From positions 330,001 to 362,000 of the forward strand of contig JALDRA010000001.1 of NCBI GenBank assembly GCA_031316235.1: a stretch of 32,000 nt of DNA, written 5' to 3'. The number at the start of each line of letters is the position of its first letter. Within the stretch, counting starts at the first letter, position 1. The position numbers and the translations under genes were made by a program. The stretch comes from Candidatus Scalindua sp. Its GTDB lineage: Bacteria > Planctomycetota > Brocadiia > Brocadiales > Scalinduaceae. Shown piece by piece: positions 24,617 through 32,000 of this stretch. The notes under the pieces are model-generated. The model did not search any database. It saw only the letters and a list, made by a program, of their open reading frames with translations, and was not told where the DNA came from.

Positions 24617-25045
24617 TTAAAAATGATTCTCTTCCATTCCACCAGGGGAACAGGGATCGGAATAATTACGAATGTGTCTGGTTTCAAAATTTCTTTTAAA
24701 CCGTTTTTTTAAACCCTTTTGCAGCCAGTTTCTCAAACCAGGAATCAGAAACAGAAAACCAACAATGTCCGTTATAAGACCAGGAGTTAACAATAATGCA
24801 CCGGCAGCCAGAATAAATAGACCGTCTAAAAGACCATCCGTGGGTATGATTCCACTCTCCAAATCCATTCTGATTCTTCGATAAATGCTGAGACCTTGAC
24901 TCCTGGCAAGAAAGCCTCCAAGTATACCTGTTATCAATACTATCATAATGGTGTAAAATACCCCCAGATATTTTCCAACACACAATAATAGATATAATTC
25001 TCCCAATGGTACCACAGTAAACAGTATAATAAGTCGGATTAGCAT
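24617..25045 (-). CDS. fxsA: FxsA family inner-membrane protein
   Basis: The sequence VVPLGELYLL...VLITGILGGFLARSQG...DGLLDGLFILAAGALLLTPGLITDIVGFLFLIP and a basic C-terminal tail are diagnostic of FxsA. Confidence 0.8.
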   Translation of the reverse strand: MLIRLIILFTVVPLGELYLLLCVGKYLGVFYTIMIVLITGILGGFLARSQGLSIYRRIRMDLESGIIPTDGLLDGLFILAAGALLLTPGLITDIVGFLFLIPGLRNWLQKGLKKRFKRNFETRHIRNYSDPCSPGGMEENHF

Positions 25046-25111
25046 ACGAGAGATACCCCTATAGTATTCATTATCGAGAAGCTGCTGTAATTTTTTAACA
25101 AAATACCGTCA

Positions 25112-26572
25112 ATGACACATCGGAAAACCAGTAAAAAAAACATCGTAACAATCCGAGAGCTGAAAAATGAGATAAACCTGATGAAGTTTTTCTCATTTAC
25201 CCGGGCGTACCCCAAAAACTTTTTTCTTGATAGTTCGCTTACAGAATCACCGGTAGGAAGATACTCATTCATCGGTTACGATCCGTTCTTCACCATTTTA
25301 TCAAAAGGCCGTGACATTGTCTTCCAGGACCGTCAAGGAACCACAAAGAAGAGAGGGAATCCCTTTGATGAATTACGTACTCTTTTAGATAAATTCCATG
25401 TAGAAGATAAGCATGATACGGTACCATTCACCTGTGGAGCAGTTGGATACTTTGGTTACGATCTCTGTCATTTTATAGAAAAACTTCCTACCACCACAAT
25501 CGATGACATTGGATTCCCTGAAATGTACTTCAGCTTCTATGACATAATGGTAGCTCTGGACCATCTTGAGAACAGGTGTTACATTATTTCCGTTGATTTT
25601 AGTTCTGATTCAGCCAAAAGTACAGAGAAAAGAATCGAAAAGCTTACCATGGAACTCAATCAAGCTTCCAGCATGCAAGAAGAATCAATAATTATTGAAA
25701 ACACGAAAAAGCGTAAGATAATCAGTAATTTTTCAAAATCAGACTATTTAAGAGCTGTGGAGAGTATAAAACACTATATATGCCAGGGCGATATATATCA
25801 GGTAAATCTTTCTCAAAGATTTCAGACGCAGATCAATATCCCCCCACACGAAATATTCAGAAAATTGAGAAAAATTAATCCTGCACCATTTTCCTGTTAT
25901 CTGAAATTTGACAATAAATGCATTATCAGTTCCTCTCCGGAAAGATTTCTGTCTGTAAGGAATGTTTCAAACAATCTTGACTGCAACAAACAAATGGTTG
26001 AACGAAAAGTTCAGACAAAGCCAATAAAGGGAACACGACCAAGATACGACAACAGCGAATTAAATGAAAAAATGAAGTCAGTTTTACTTTCAAGCAAGAA
26101 AGACGATTCAGAATTAACCATGATAGTGGATCTTGAACGAAACGATCTCGGCAGGGTTTGCAGTTATAATACGGTAAATGTTACTGCCAGAAAGGAGCTT
26201 GAAGAGCATCCCACTGTTTATCATCTTGTCGGCACCGTTGAAGGAATCCTTCATCCACAATATGACATTATAGACTTAATCAAGGCCACCTTTCCGGGTG
26301 GCTCGATCACGGGAGTACCAAAGGTCAGGGCCATGCAGATTATTGATGAACTGGAACCTACCAGGAGAAATGTCTATACAGGTGCAATGGGATACATAAG
26401 TTTTAATGGAAATATTGACTTTAATATAGCCATCAGGACATTCCTGGTTAAGGATGATCATATATTCTTTCAGGTCGGGGGAGGAATCGTTGCTGATTCT
26501 GACCCTGAAGAAGAGTACGAAGAGACACTGCACAAAGCGAGGGGTCTCATGGAAACATTGGAAGGAGTGTAG
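25112..26572 (+). CDS. pabB: Aminodeoxychorismate synthase component I
   Basis: The chorismate-binding fold motifs are GDIYQVNLSQRF, SSSPERFL, PIKGTRPR (Lys as in PabB, not the Ala of TrpE), GGSITGVPKVRAMQIIDELE and GGGIVADSDPEEEYEE. An alternative start is ATG 25181. Confidence 0.8.
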   Translation: MTHRKTSKKNIVTIRELKNEINLMKFFSFTRAYPKNFFLDSSLTESPVGRYSFIGYDPFFTILSKGRDIVFQDRQGTTKKRGNPFDELRTLLDKFHVEDKHDTVPFTCGAVGYFGYDLCHFIEKLPTTTIDDIGFPEMYFSFYDIMVALDHLENRCYIISVDFSSDSAKSTEKRIEKLTMELNQASSMQEESIIIENTKKRKIISNFSKSDYLRAVESIKHYICQGDIYQVNLSQRFQTQINIPPHEIFRKLRKINPAPFSCYLKFDNKCIISSSPERFLSVRNVSNNLDCNKQMVERKVQTKPIKGTRPRYDNSELNEKMKSVLLSSKKDDSELTMIVDLERNDLGRVCSYNTVNVTARKELEEHPTVYHLVGTVEGILHPQYDIIDLIKATFPGGSITGVPKVRAMQIIDELEPTRRNVYTGAMGYISFNGNIDFNIAIRTFLVKDDHIFFQVGGGIVADSDPEEEYEETLHKARGLMETLEGV

Positions 26573-26714
26573 CTTCAAATCACTCCTCCATCTCTTTCTC
26601 ATAACCATGCAGCCCAGTCCACCACTCTCTGACCTATCCAACACAACAACGTACCTGGAACTTAAACCTTGATGTGGTTACATTGAAATGCTTTCAAGCC
26701 TCCACAACACATTG

Positions 26715-26784
26715 TATACTCATCTCATAATGGTTTTCGGTTAAAAATCCGAGATAAAATTGAGCGAGTATACCTTCACCAAGA
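26715..26784 (+). repeat. Family A repeat, copy A4 (short form, truncated after TACCTTCACCAAGA)
   Basis: TATACTCATCTCATAATGGTTTTCGGTTAAAAATCCGAGATAAAATTGAGCGAGTATACCTTCACCAAGA. The copy ends 9 nt before the stop codon of the minus-strand FG-GAP gene. Confidence 0.85.
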
Positions 26785-26793
26785 CCATTAAAA

Positions 26794-28977
26794 TCACTGC
26801 TCCTCCTTCGAGATCGGTACACCTGTCAGATCTCCCAGGAACCTGAATGGCTCCAATGCTTTCAGGCAGATCTCAATTGAAACATCTACAAACTCACCGG
26901 GACTGAGTTTTCCATCCAGGTAATGACCTGTTTGGGGGATAGTCAAGATCCCTCCTTCTCCATCAGGGCCACCATCTGCATTGTGAAGCAGGTTGCCATT
27001 GGTTAAGATCACAATCTTCACAGTGAGTTGAATAAGATCAATGCTGCTCGTATTTTCAAGTCTTGCTTTAAAACCTAATTTACCGGCAAATCCTTCTGGA
27101 CATCCAGCCGTATCAGAGGTAACTTTGTACGTATCAGCTATAGGAACAAATTCAACATAATTATTGACGATAACACCCCTGGTTTTTTTTAATGCGTATA
27201 GATAAGCGCCACCAATCTCCTCACCTACAACTATGAAATTCTGTCCATTTCCCTTGATATCTCCGGCATGGGATACTGCCGAACCAAAGAATCCTACTTC
27301 AGCCAATGTCAGGGAAGGTATAGCTGTAATGCCTTTGGATGAACCATAATAAATGGCAGCAATGCTGTTCCTGTATGGGCTGCCGACTATAATATCCCTG
27401 AAGCCATCATGATTGAAATCATCTATTCCATCAACTGATACTCCAAACCTCGCATTGAAGGCTGGTTGGGGGTTGGCAAACGTTACGTCCGGAAAAGGAG
27501 AAAGCCCTGAGGAAGAACCATAGTGAACATACGCTTTCCCCTCATTTATGTCGCTCCCGAATGCCCATTCATTGCCAACCAGAAGATCGTCAAAACCGTC
27601 TCCATCTATGTCCCCGGCTCTGGAAGGAGTTACATTAAACCCGAAAGAATGTATCCATCCGCTATCTATGGTGATTATGTGAGGAGGATCTTTGCTTACT
27701 CCTGCCGATGACCCCTGATACACATAAACATCACAGACACTCGAAGGGGTTACTATCCTGGGACTTACGGCCAAACCATCAAATCCAGAGTTGTTTGTAT
27801 CTCCAACAAATGAAAGATTAAGCTGAGAGCCTTCTTCTGTGCCAGGATAGGTAACAATCGCATCTGGATTACTCTCTATCCCTGAAGGGGAACCATGATA
27901 AACACAAAAATAGTTAGGATGGCTTCCACTCCCGATGAGAATATCATCAAATCCGTCTCCGTTTATGTCCCCAGACCGTTTGGATATTGCATGGCCGAAA
28001 CCATATCCCGGGTAGCCAACGGGAGGCAAAAGCGTTTTATCGGGTAAATAACTTAATCCTTGTTGAGACCCCATATAAAGATACACCTTATTAATGCCCC
28101 AACCCATTGCAACAATGAGTTCATCACATCCGTCATTGTTGACATCACCGGCTGAGGCAACAGAGAACCCAAACTGGTCTTGTTTATTACCATCAGGATC
28201 ACTGAGAATCTGATCAGGGGGGATCAAAAATACCCCTTTCCCGTAATTGACGTAGACCTCACCTGTATTGAAAGCTGCCCCATCATAAACCTGATCAACA
28301 GAAACAACGTCATTGAATCCATCTCCATTAAAATCACCTGCAGTTATACTCCAACCTCTATTCCTGACAACTGCATGAATGGTTTTACCTGTCTTATCCG
28401 GATTCCCGTCAGTGTCTCTTGTATATAAAACACCTGATTCCCAGTACCATTGGCTATTTCCCAGATCATCTATACACAAAGAGATACCTGGAAGACATTT
28501 CAATGAGTCCAATGATACGCTTTCGTACCATGTATCATTACTTCCAACGTGTTTGGGATTTGTTCTCAAAGGAGCCTGCCATACATCCGGCACGTATTGT
28601 GACCAACCTGAGATCACTTCAGAGCCCAGAATTATTCGATCTGTCTGGCAACAATTGTCACCCGTAACAATGGGTTCTCCTGCGAAACCAGGTTGCAGGG
28701 ATTCACGCGAACCTGCCACAATTGGACTTTTGTTAAAGAGTATTTTATTCCCGTTGCTCAAGGATAAGATTTCATTTTGATTAACCGTTCGCCGGGCTGT
28801 TGAGGGAGATAGGCCATCATTGCTGTCATCGCCATATACAGGGTCGACATAAAACGTGGCCCCATGAACAGTCCCGGACCAGCCCACAGGTGAGATAACA
28901 ATGACCCCTGTTTGCAAAGCAAGAAGAAGGAGAAAACACCATCCCCTTTTTGCTACTTTATTTATCAGCTCTTTCAT
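26794..28977 (-). CDS. Secreted FG-GAP (integrin-alpha-like) repeat protein
   Basis: A signal peptide is present. There are at least six repeats with Ca-binding-type loops: GDFNGDGFNDV, GDVNNDGCDEL, GDINGDGFDDI, GDTNNSGFDGL, GDIDGDGFDDL and DDFNHDGFRDI. Confidence 0.8.
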   Translation of the reverse strand: MKELINKVAKRGWCFLLLLALQTGVIVISPVGWSGTVHGATFYVDPVYGDDSNDGLSPSTARRTVNQNEILSLSNGNKILFNKSPIVAGSRESLQPGFAGEPIVTGDNCCQTDRIILGSEVISGWSQYVPDVWQAPLRTNPKHVGSNDTWYESVSLDSLKCLPGISLCIDDLGNSQWYWESGVLYTRDTDGNPDKTGKTIHAVVRNRGWSITAGDFNGDGFNDVVSVDQVYDGAAFNTGEVYVNYGKGVFLIPPDQILSDPDGNKQDQFGFSVASAGDVNNDGCDELIVAMGWGINKVYLYMGSQQGLSYLPDKTLLPPVGYPGYGFGHAISKRSGDINGDGFDDILIGSGSHPNYFCVYHGSPSGIESNPDAIVTYPGTEEGSQLNLSFVGDTNNSGFDGLAVSPRIVTPSSVCDVYVYQGSSAGVSKDPPHIITIDSGWIHSFGFNVTPSRAGDIDGDGFDDLLVGNEWAFGSDINEGKAYVHYGSSSGLSPFPDVTFANPQPAFNARFGVSVDGIDDFNHDGFRDIIVGSPYRNSIAAIYYGSSKGITAIPSLTLAEVGFFGSAVSHAGDIKGNGQNFIVVGEEIGGAYLYALKKTRGVIVNNYVEFVPIADTYKVTSDTAGCPEGFAGKLGFKARLENTSSIDLIQLTVKIVILTNGNLLHNADGGPDGEGGILTIPQTGHYLDGKLSPGEFVDVSIEICLKALEPFRFLGDLTGVPISKEEQ

Positions 28978-29082
28978 AACCGTACCTCCTACTTAAGAAA
29001 TATTCAGTTCGCACAATAATACAAGCAAAATTTATGGAGCGTTTATACTATAATTTCACTTACAATACTACTTTTTAGTCTC

Positions 29083-29133
29083 TCAGTCGACAATTTCCTG
29101 CTTTTTCTGGCCGGTAATTGAGGCTGAGAGCCG
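29083..29133. repeat. Short repeat C, copy C2
   Basis: TCGACAATTTCCTGCTTTTT (29087-29106) and the downstream AATTGAGGCTGAGAG match C1 at 15705-15749. Confidence 0.6.
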
Positions 29134-29156
29134 GACTTTCACATCTCTTCTTTGAG

Positions 29157-29296
29157 TATACTCATCTTATAACGGCTTTCTGATACAATCCGGGAGAAAA
29201 CAGAGCGAGCAAGATCCTCGGCGTTTTTTGTCCGGGGATACCGGCAACCAGGCTCTGGTTTTTGGAAAAACCTGAAACCAGATCGGTTTCAGTATA
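29157..29296 (+). repeat. Family A repeat, copy A5 (long form, variant terminal hairpin)
   Basis: The copy runs from TATACTCATCTTATAACGG to GATCGGTTTCAGTATA. Its terminal AGTATA is part of the target duplication made by MITE B3. Confidence 0.85.
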
Positions 29297-29299
29297 AAT

Positions 29300-29465
29300 C
29301 AGTAGTGTCCGGTTAGGTTTTTGCGTAGGCGGCTTTTGTCATACCCGAGCGTCTTTATCGGGTATCCAGAGACTCGTTTCATCATAGATTCCCGCTAAAA
29401 ACATGCGGGAATGACAGTTTTGGGACAATAAATTAAATACGCAAAAACCTAACCGGACACTACAG
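29300..29465 (-). mobile_element. Family B MITE, copy B3 (inverted relative to B1/B2), flanked by 9-bp duplication AGTATAAAT
   Basis: This copy is the reverse complement of B2, with fewer than ten differences by manual alignment. Direct repeats of AGTATAAAT lie at 29291-29299 and 29466-29474. Confidence 0.9.
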
Positions 29466-29533
29466 AGTATAAATAAATATTTCATAAAAGCCAGCCATCT
29501 GAAAAAAACCACATCCTGATCATTGTCAAATTT

Positions 29534-29567
29534 TCAATTGACGTTTCAGTCAATGATTGTTATCATT
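29534..29567 (+). promoter_or_regulatory. argC promoter candidate (TTGACG-17 nt-TATCAT) overlapped by palindromes (possible arginine-repressor-type operator)
   Basis: TTGACG lies at 29538-29543 and TATCAT at 29561-29566. The palindromes are TCAATTGA (29534-29541), ATTGAC-N6-GTCAAT (29537-29554) and AATGAT-N4-ATCATT (29552-29567). Confidence 0.4.
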
Positions 29568-29628
29568 CAAAAGTAATTATGTTTGAAGAAGTTATGGTTT
29601 TTTTCTTTTGAAAAAAGGGATATGATTA

Positions 29629-30645
29629 TTGATAAAAGTCGGGATTGTCGGTGCAACTGCATACACAAGTCTGGAATTGATTAAGATCCTGTTACGGCAT
29701 CCAGAAACAGCGATTTCGTATCTTGGTACGAGAAGCAAGGCGGGTATCAAGATCTCTGAAATTTTTCCTGTTTTAAAGAAGATCTTTGATATGCCCTGTT
29801 CACAATTAAGTGTCGGTAGTGTGCCGGAAGATGTTGACCTGGTTTTCGTTACCCTTCCCCCGACGGTCTCAATGCAATTTGTACCGCAATTTTTAGATGC
29901 AGGGATTAAGGTAGTGGATCTCAGCGCTGACTATCGATTCCCCGAAAAATCAGTCTACGAAAGATGGTATAAGGTAAAGCATACCGACCCATCTCGATTA
30001 GAAAAAGCTGTTTATGGTCTTCCCGAGTTATTTCGTGACAAGATTAAGGAAGCAGCTCTTGTAGCAAATCCCGGGTGCTATCCGACATCAGCGCTTATTG
30101 GTTTAGCCCCCTTGATCCAGAAAGATCTTATTTATACTGATGATATCATTATCGATGCTAAATCCGGAATTTCGGGAAGCGGACGTGAACCAAAAGAGTC
30201 AACACATTATTGTGAGAGAAATGAAAATTTAGAAGCGTATAATGTTGGGGTTCACAGGCATACACCAGAGATTGAAGGTATTCTTTCCTTGTTGGGGAAT
30301 TCTGACACATTCGTATATTTTACCCCGCATTTGATTCCCATGACACGGGGTCTTTTGTGTTCAATGTACGTTCGGTTAAAGAAACAGGTTACGAATGAGG
30401 AGATCAGGGGTTTGTTCAATGATCTGTATGGAGGAGAACCGTTTATTCGACTCAGCACTGAGGGAACGTTTCCCAAGACCAGGGATGTAACAGATACAAA
30501 CATGTGTGAAATTTCTGTTCAAACTGTTGGCAAACGTGCGGTTATTTTCTCCAGCATAGACAATTTAATCAAAGGTGCATCAGGACAAGCGGTACAAAAT
30601 ATGAATATCATGTGCGGTCATAACGAGACGATGGGTCTCTTTTAA
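29629..30645 (+). CDS. argC: N-acetyl-gamma-glutamyl-phosphate reductase
   Basis: The start is TTG, with AAAGGGA 8 nt upstream. Motifs are IKVGIVGATAYTSLELIKIL, the active site ANPGCYPTS, and IDNLIKGASGQAVQNMN. Confidence 0.9.
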   Translation: MIKVGIVGATAYTSLELIKILLRHPETAISYLGTRSKAGIKISEIFPVLKKIFDMPCSQLSVGSVPEDVDLVFVTLPPTVSMQFVPQFLDAGIKVVDLSADYRFPEKSVYERWYKVKHTDPSRLEKAVYGLPELFRDKIKEAALVANPGCYPTSALIGLAPLIQKDLIYTDDIIIDAKSGISGSGREPKESTHYCERNENLEAYNVGVHRHTPEIEGILSLLGNSDTFVYFTPHLIPMTRGLLCSMYVRLKKQVTNEEIRGLFNDLYGGEPFIRLSTEGTFPKTRDVTDTNMCEISVQTVGKRAVIFSSIDNLIKGASGQAVQNMNIMCGHNETMGLF

Positions 30646-30726
30646 TCTGTTTCAAATGAAAGCAACTGTCCTAACCCGAATAAATGCTCTCATAGAGAGT
30701 ATTTGTGTTGTCAAAGAGGTAAATGA

Positions 30727-32000
30727 ATGAGAGAAAAAGTAAAGGTAAGGTTTCCTCCCAGTCCTACCGGTTTCCTGCATATCGGTGGAGCAAGAACAGC
30801 CCTTTACAACTGGCTTTTTGCAAGAAATCACGAGGGGAGCCTGGTATTGAGGATCGAGGACACAGATCAAATACGTTCCACAGATGCGGCAACGCAGTCG
30901 ATATTGGAGAGTTTAACCTGGTTGGGATTGGATTGGGATGAGGGCCCTTATTATCAAAGCCAGAGGCTTTCTATCTATCAGGAATATGTTGATAAACTCT
31001 TGAAGCAGGGAGACGCTACGTACATTGATGACCCTGAAAAAGGCAGAGCCGTCCGCTTTAAGATTAAGGATGTGCCAACTGATATTAATGATCTGATACA
31101 TGGTACAATCAAATTTGACACTGCCCTTCTCGAAGATTTTATCATACAAAAGGGAGACGGTTTTCCTACCTATAATTTTGCCTGTGTCGTTGATGATGGG
31201 TTGATGGAAATCACCCACATCATTCGTGGAGACGATCATATATCAAATACACCAAGACAAATCGCATTATACCATGCCCTGGGTTTTGATTTACCCAAAT
31301 TTGCTCACATCCCCATGATCCTCGGGGAAGATGGTACCCGTTTAAGTAAACGCCATGGTGCAACTTCGACAGTTGAATACCGTGAAATGGGCTATCTGCC
31401 TGAAGCCATAATCAATTTTATTGCCCTTCTTGGTTGGTCTCCGGGACACGATCAGGAATTTATGACAAAGCAAGAGATGATTGAAAAATTCTCTTTAAAA
31501 CGGGTCAATAAAGCAAGCGCCAGGTTTGACACCGTTAAACTTGATTGGATGAATAGTAAATATATTCGAGAATTATCTGCGGAATCGCTCGCAAAAAAAC
31601 TGCATAGCTATATCGAAAAGGCAGGATTTGATACCACTCATCTTTCGGATGTCTGGCTGCAGAAACTTATAGAATTGTACAAAGAGAGATTTAAGACGTT
31701 ATCTGAATTCATGACACAAACGTATCCTTTCTTTCCAGATGAGATCGAATATGACAATAAAGAAGTTGAAAAATTTCTTAAAAAAGATGGTGCCTCTGCC
31801 TTGATAAGTGATACGTATGCAAGACTGAAAGAACTTGAGACATTCTCAATTAAAGAAATTGAGGAGTGTCTGCGCAAGATAACAACGCATCACGGGATTA
31901 GTTTTGGAAAATTGGCGCAACCGTTAAGAGTGTCAATTGTTGGGAAAAGTGCGAGCGCCGGGATCTTTGAGACATTGGAACTCTTAGGCAAGCAAAAGAC
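30727..32000 (+). CDS. gltX: Glutamate--tRNA ligase (3' end beyond window)
   Basis: This gene is not in the ORF track because no stop codon is reached. My translation from ATG 30727 (AGAGG RBS 8 nt upstream) is open to position 32000. It reads MREKVKVRFPPSPTGFLHIGGARTALYNWLFAR...LRIEDTD...GDDHISNTPRQ...RLSKRHG (HIGH and KMSKS class I motifs). Confidence 0.95.
   Translation, partial: MREKVKVRFPPSPTGFLHIGGARTALYNWLFARNHEGSLVLRIEDTDQIRSTDAATQSILESLTWLGLDWDEGPYYQSQRLSIYQEYVDKLLKQGDATYIDDPEKGRAVRFKIKDVPTDINDLIHGTIKFDTALLEDFIIQKGDGFPTYNFACVVDDGLMEITHIIRGDDHISNTPRQIALYHALGFDLPKFAHIPMILGEDGTRLSKRHGATSTVEYREMGYLPEAIINFIALLGWSPGHDQEFMTKQEMIEKFSLKRVNKASARFDTVKLDWMNSKYIRELSAESLAKKLHSYIEKAGFDTTHLSDVWLQKLIELYKERFKTLSEFMTQTYPFFPDEIEYDNKEVEKFLKKDGASALISDTYARLKELETFSIKEIEECLRKITTHHGISFGKLAQPLRVSIVGKSASAGIFETLELLGKQK

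Noticed and set aside
26276-26672. ORFs 26276-26644 (minus) and 26454-26672 (plus)
   Set aside because: One is antisense to, and the other out of frame with, the 3' end of pabB. Neither has a motif.
27523-28780. Plus-strand ORFs inside the FG-GAP gene region (27523-27711, 28180-28428, 28379-28780, 28419-28667)
   Set aside because: They are antisense to a gene with six clear FG-GAP/Ca-loop repeats.
1030-29465. The recurring 112-166 bp repeats might be a CRISPR array or arrays
   Set aside because: Copies are dispersed over 28 kb, occur in both orientations and are much longer than CRISPR repeats. They are not separated by regular short spacers, and no cas genes are present.
30652-31877. ORFs 30723-30941 (plus) and 30652-30870, 30913-31239, 31638-31877 (minus)
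   Set aside because: All are out of frame with or antisense to gltX. The gltX frame (from 30727) is open to the window end and carries the HIGH and KMSKS motifs.

Overview
This is a 32-kb chromosomal window, AT-rich by eye, with about 27 credible protein genes on both strands.

**Likely origin.** The gene content fits a Planctomycetota genome, possibly anammox-type. The evidence is a dihaem cytochrome c built from two Planctomycete-type cytochrome modules, a cytochrome P460-like protein, an A/V-type ATPase subunit E and many Cys/metal proteins. This cannot be verified from the sequence alone.

**Recognisable genes.** Housekeeping genes are hemB, icd, pabB, argC and gltX. gltX is 3'-partial, runs off the window end, and is therefore missing from the supplied ORF track. 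Other recognisable genes:
- a Zn-dependent alcohol dehydrogenase
- an ornithine cyclodeaminase-family enzyme
- an HD-domain hydrolase
- a universal stress protein
- FxsA
- an M48/PDZ lipoprotein peptidase
- a cytoplasmic molybdopterin oxidoreductase
- an FG-GAP repeat exoprotein
- a CstB-like persulfide dioxygenase-rhodanese fusion

**Not found.** I found no rRNA, tRNA, CRISPR array, transposase, integrase or recognisable defence system, so I cannot claim a clear-cut novel system.

**What stands out.**
1. Small non-coding repeats are unusually dense and all lie in intergenic DNA.
   - Family A is a 112-140 bp multi-hairpin element with six copies plus two fragments.
   - Family B is a 166-bp MITE with 28-bp terminal inverted repeats. 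Each of its three copies has a perfect 9-bp target-site duplication, and one copy is nested in the end of an A copy.
   - There is also a short repeat C, a 126-bp near-perfect palindrome and a further foldback.
2. A 4.6-kb same-strand cluster (2368-6943) may be an uncharacterised extracytoplasmic metal/cofactor-handling system. It encodes an amicyanin-like cupredoxin, a small Cys-rich protein, a MacB/FtsX-type ABC transporter, a Cys-motif polytopic membrane protein and a NosL-like protein.
3. A secreted twin-repeat Cys/His-rich protein sits directly upstream of the CstB-like enzyme.
4. There is a TrkA-N/DHH-DHHA1 fusion protein.
5. A start-less RelE-family toxin remnant abuts the 126-bp palindrome.

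All functional assignments come from motifs read by eye. No database search was possible.
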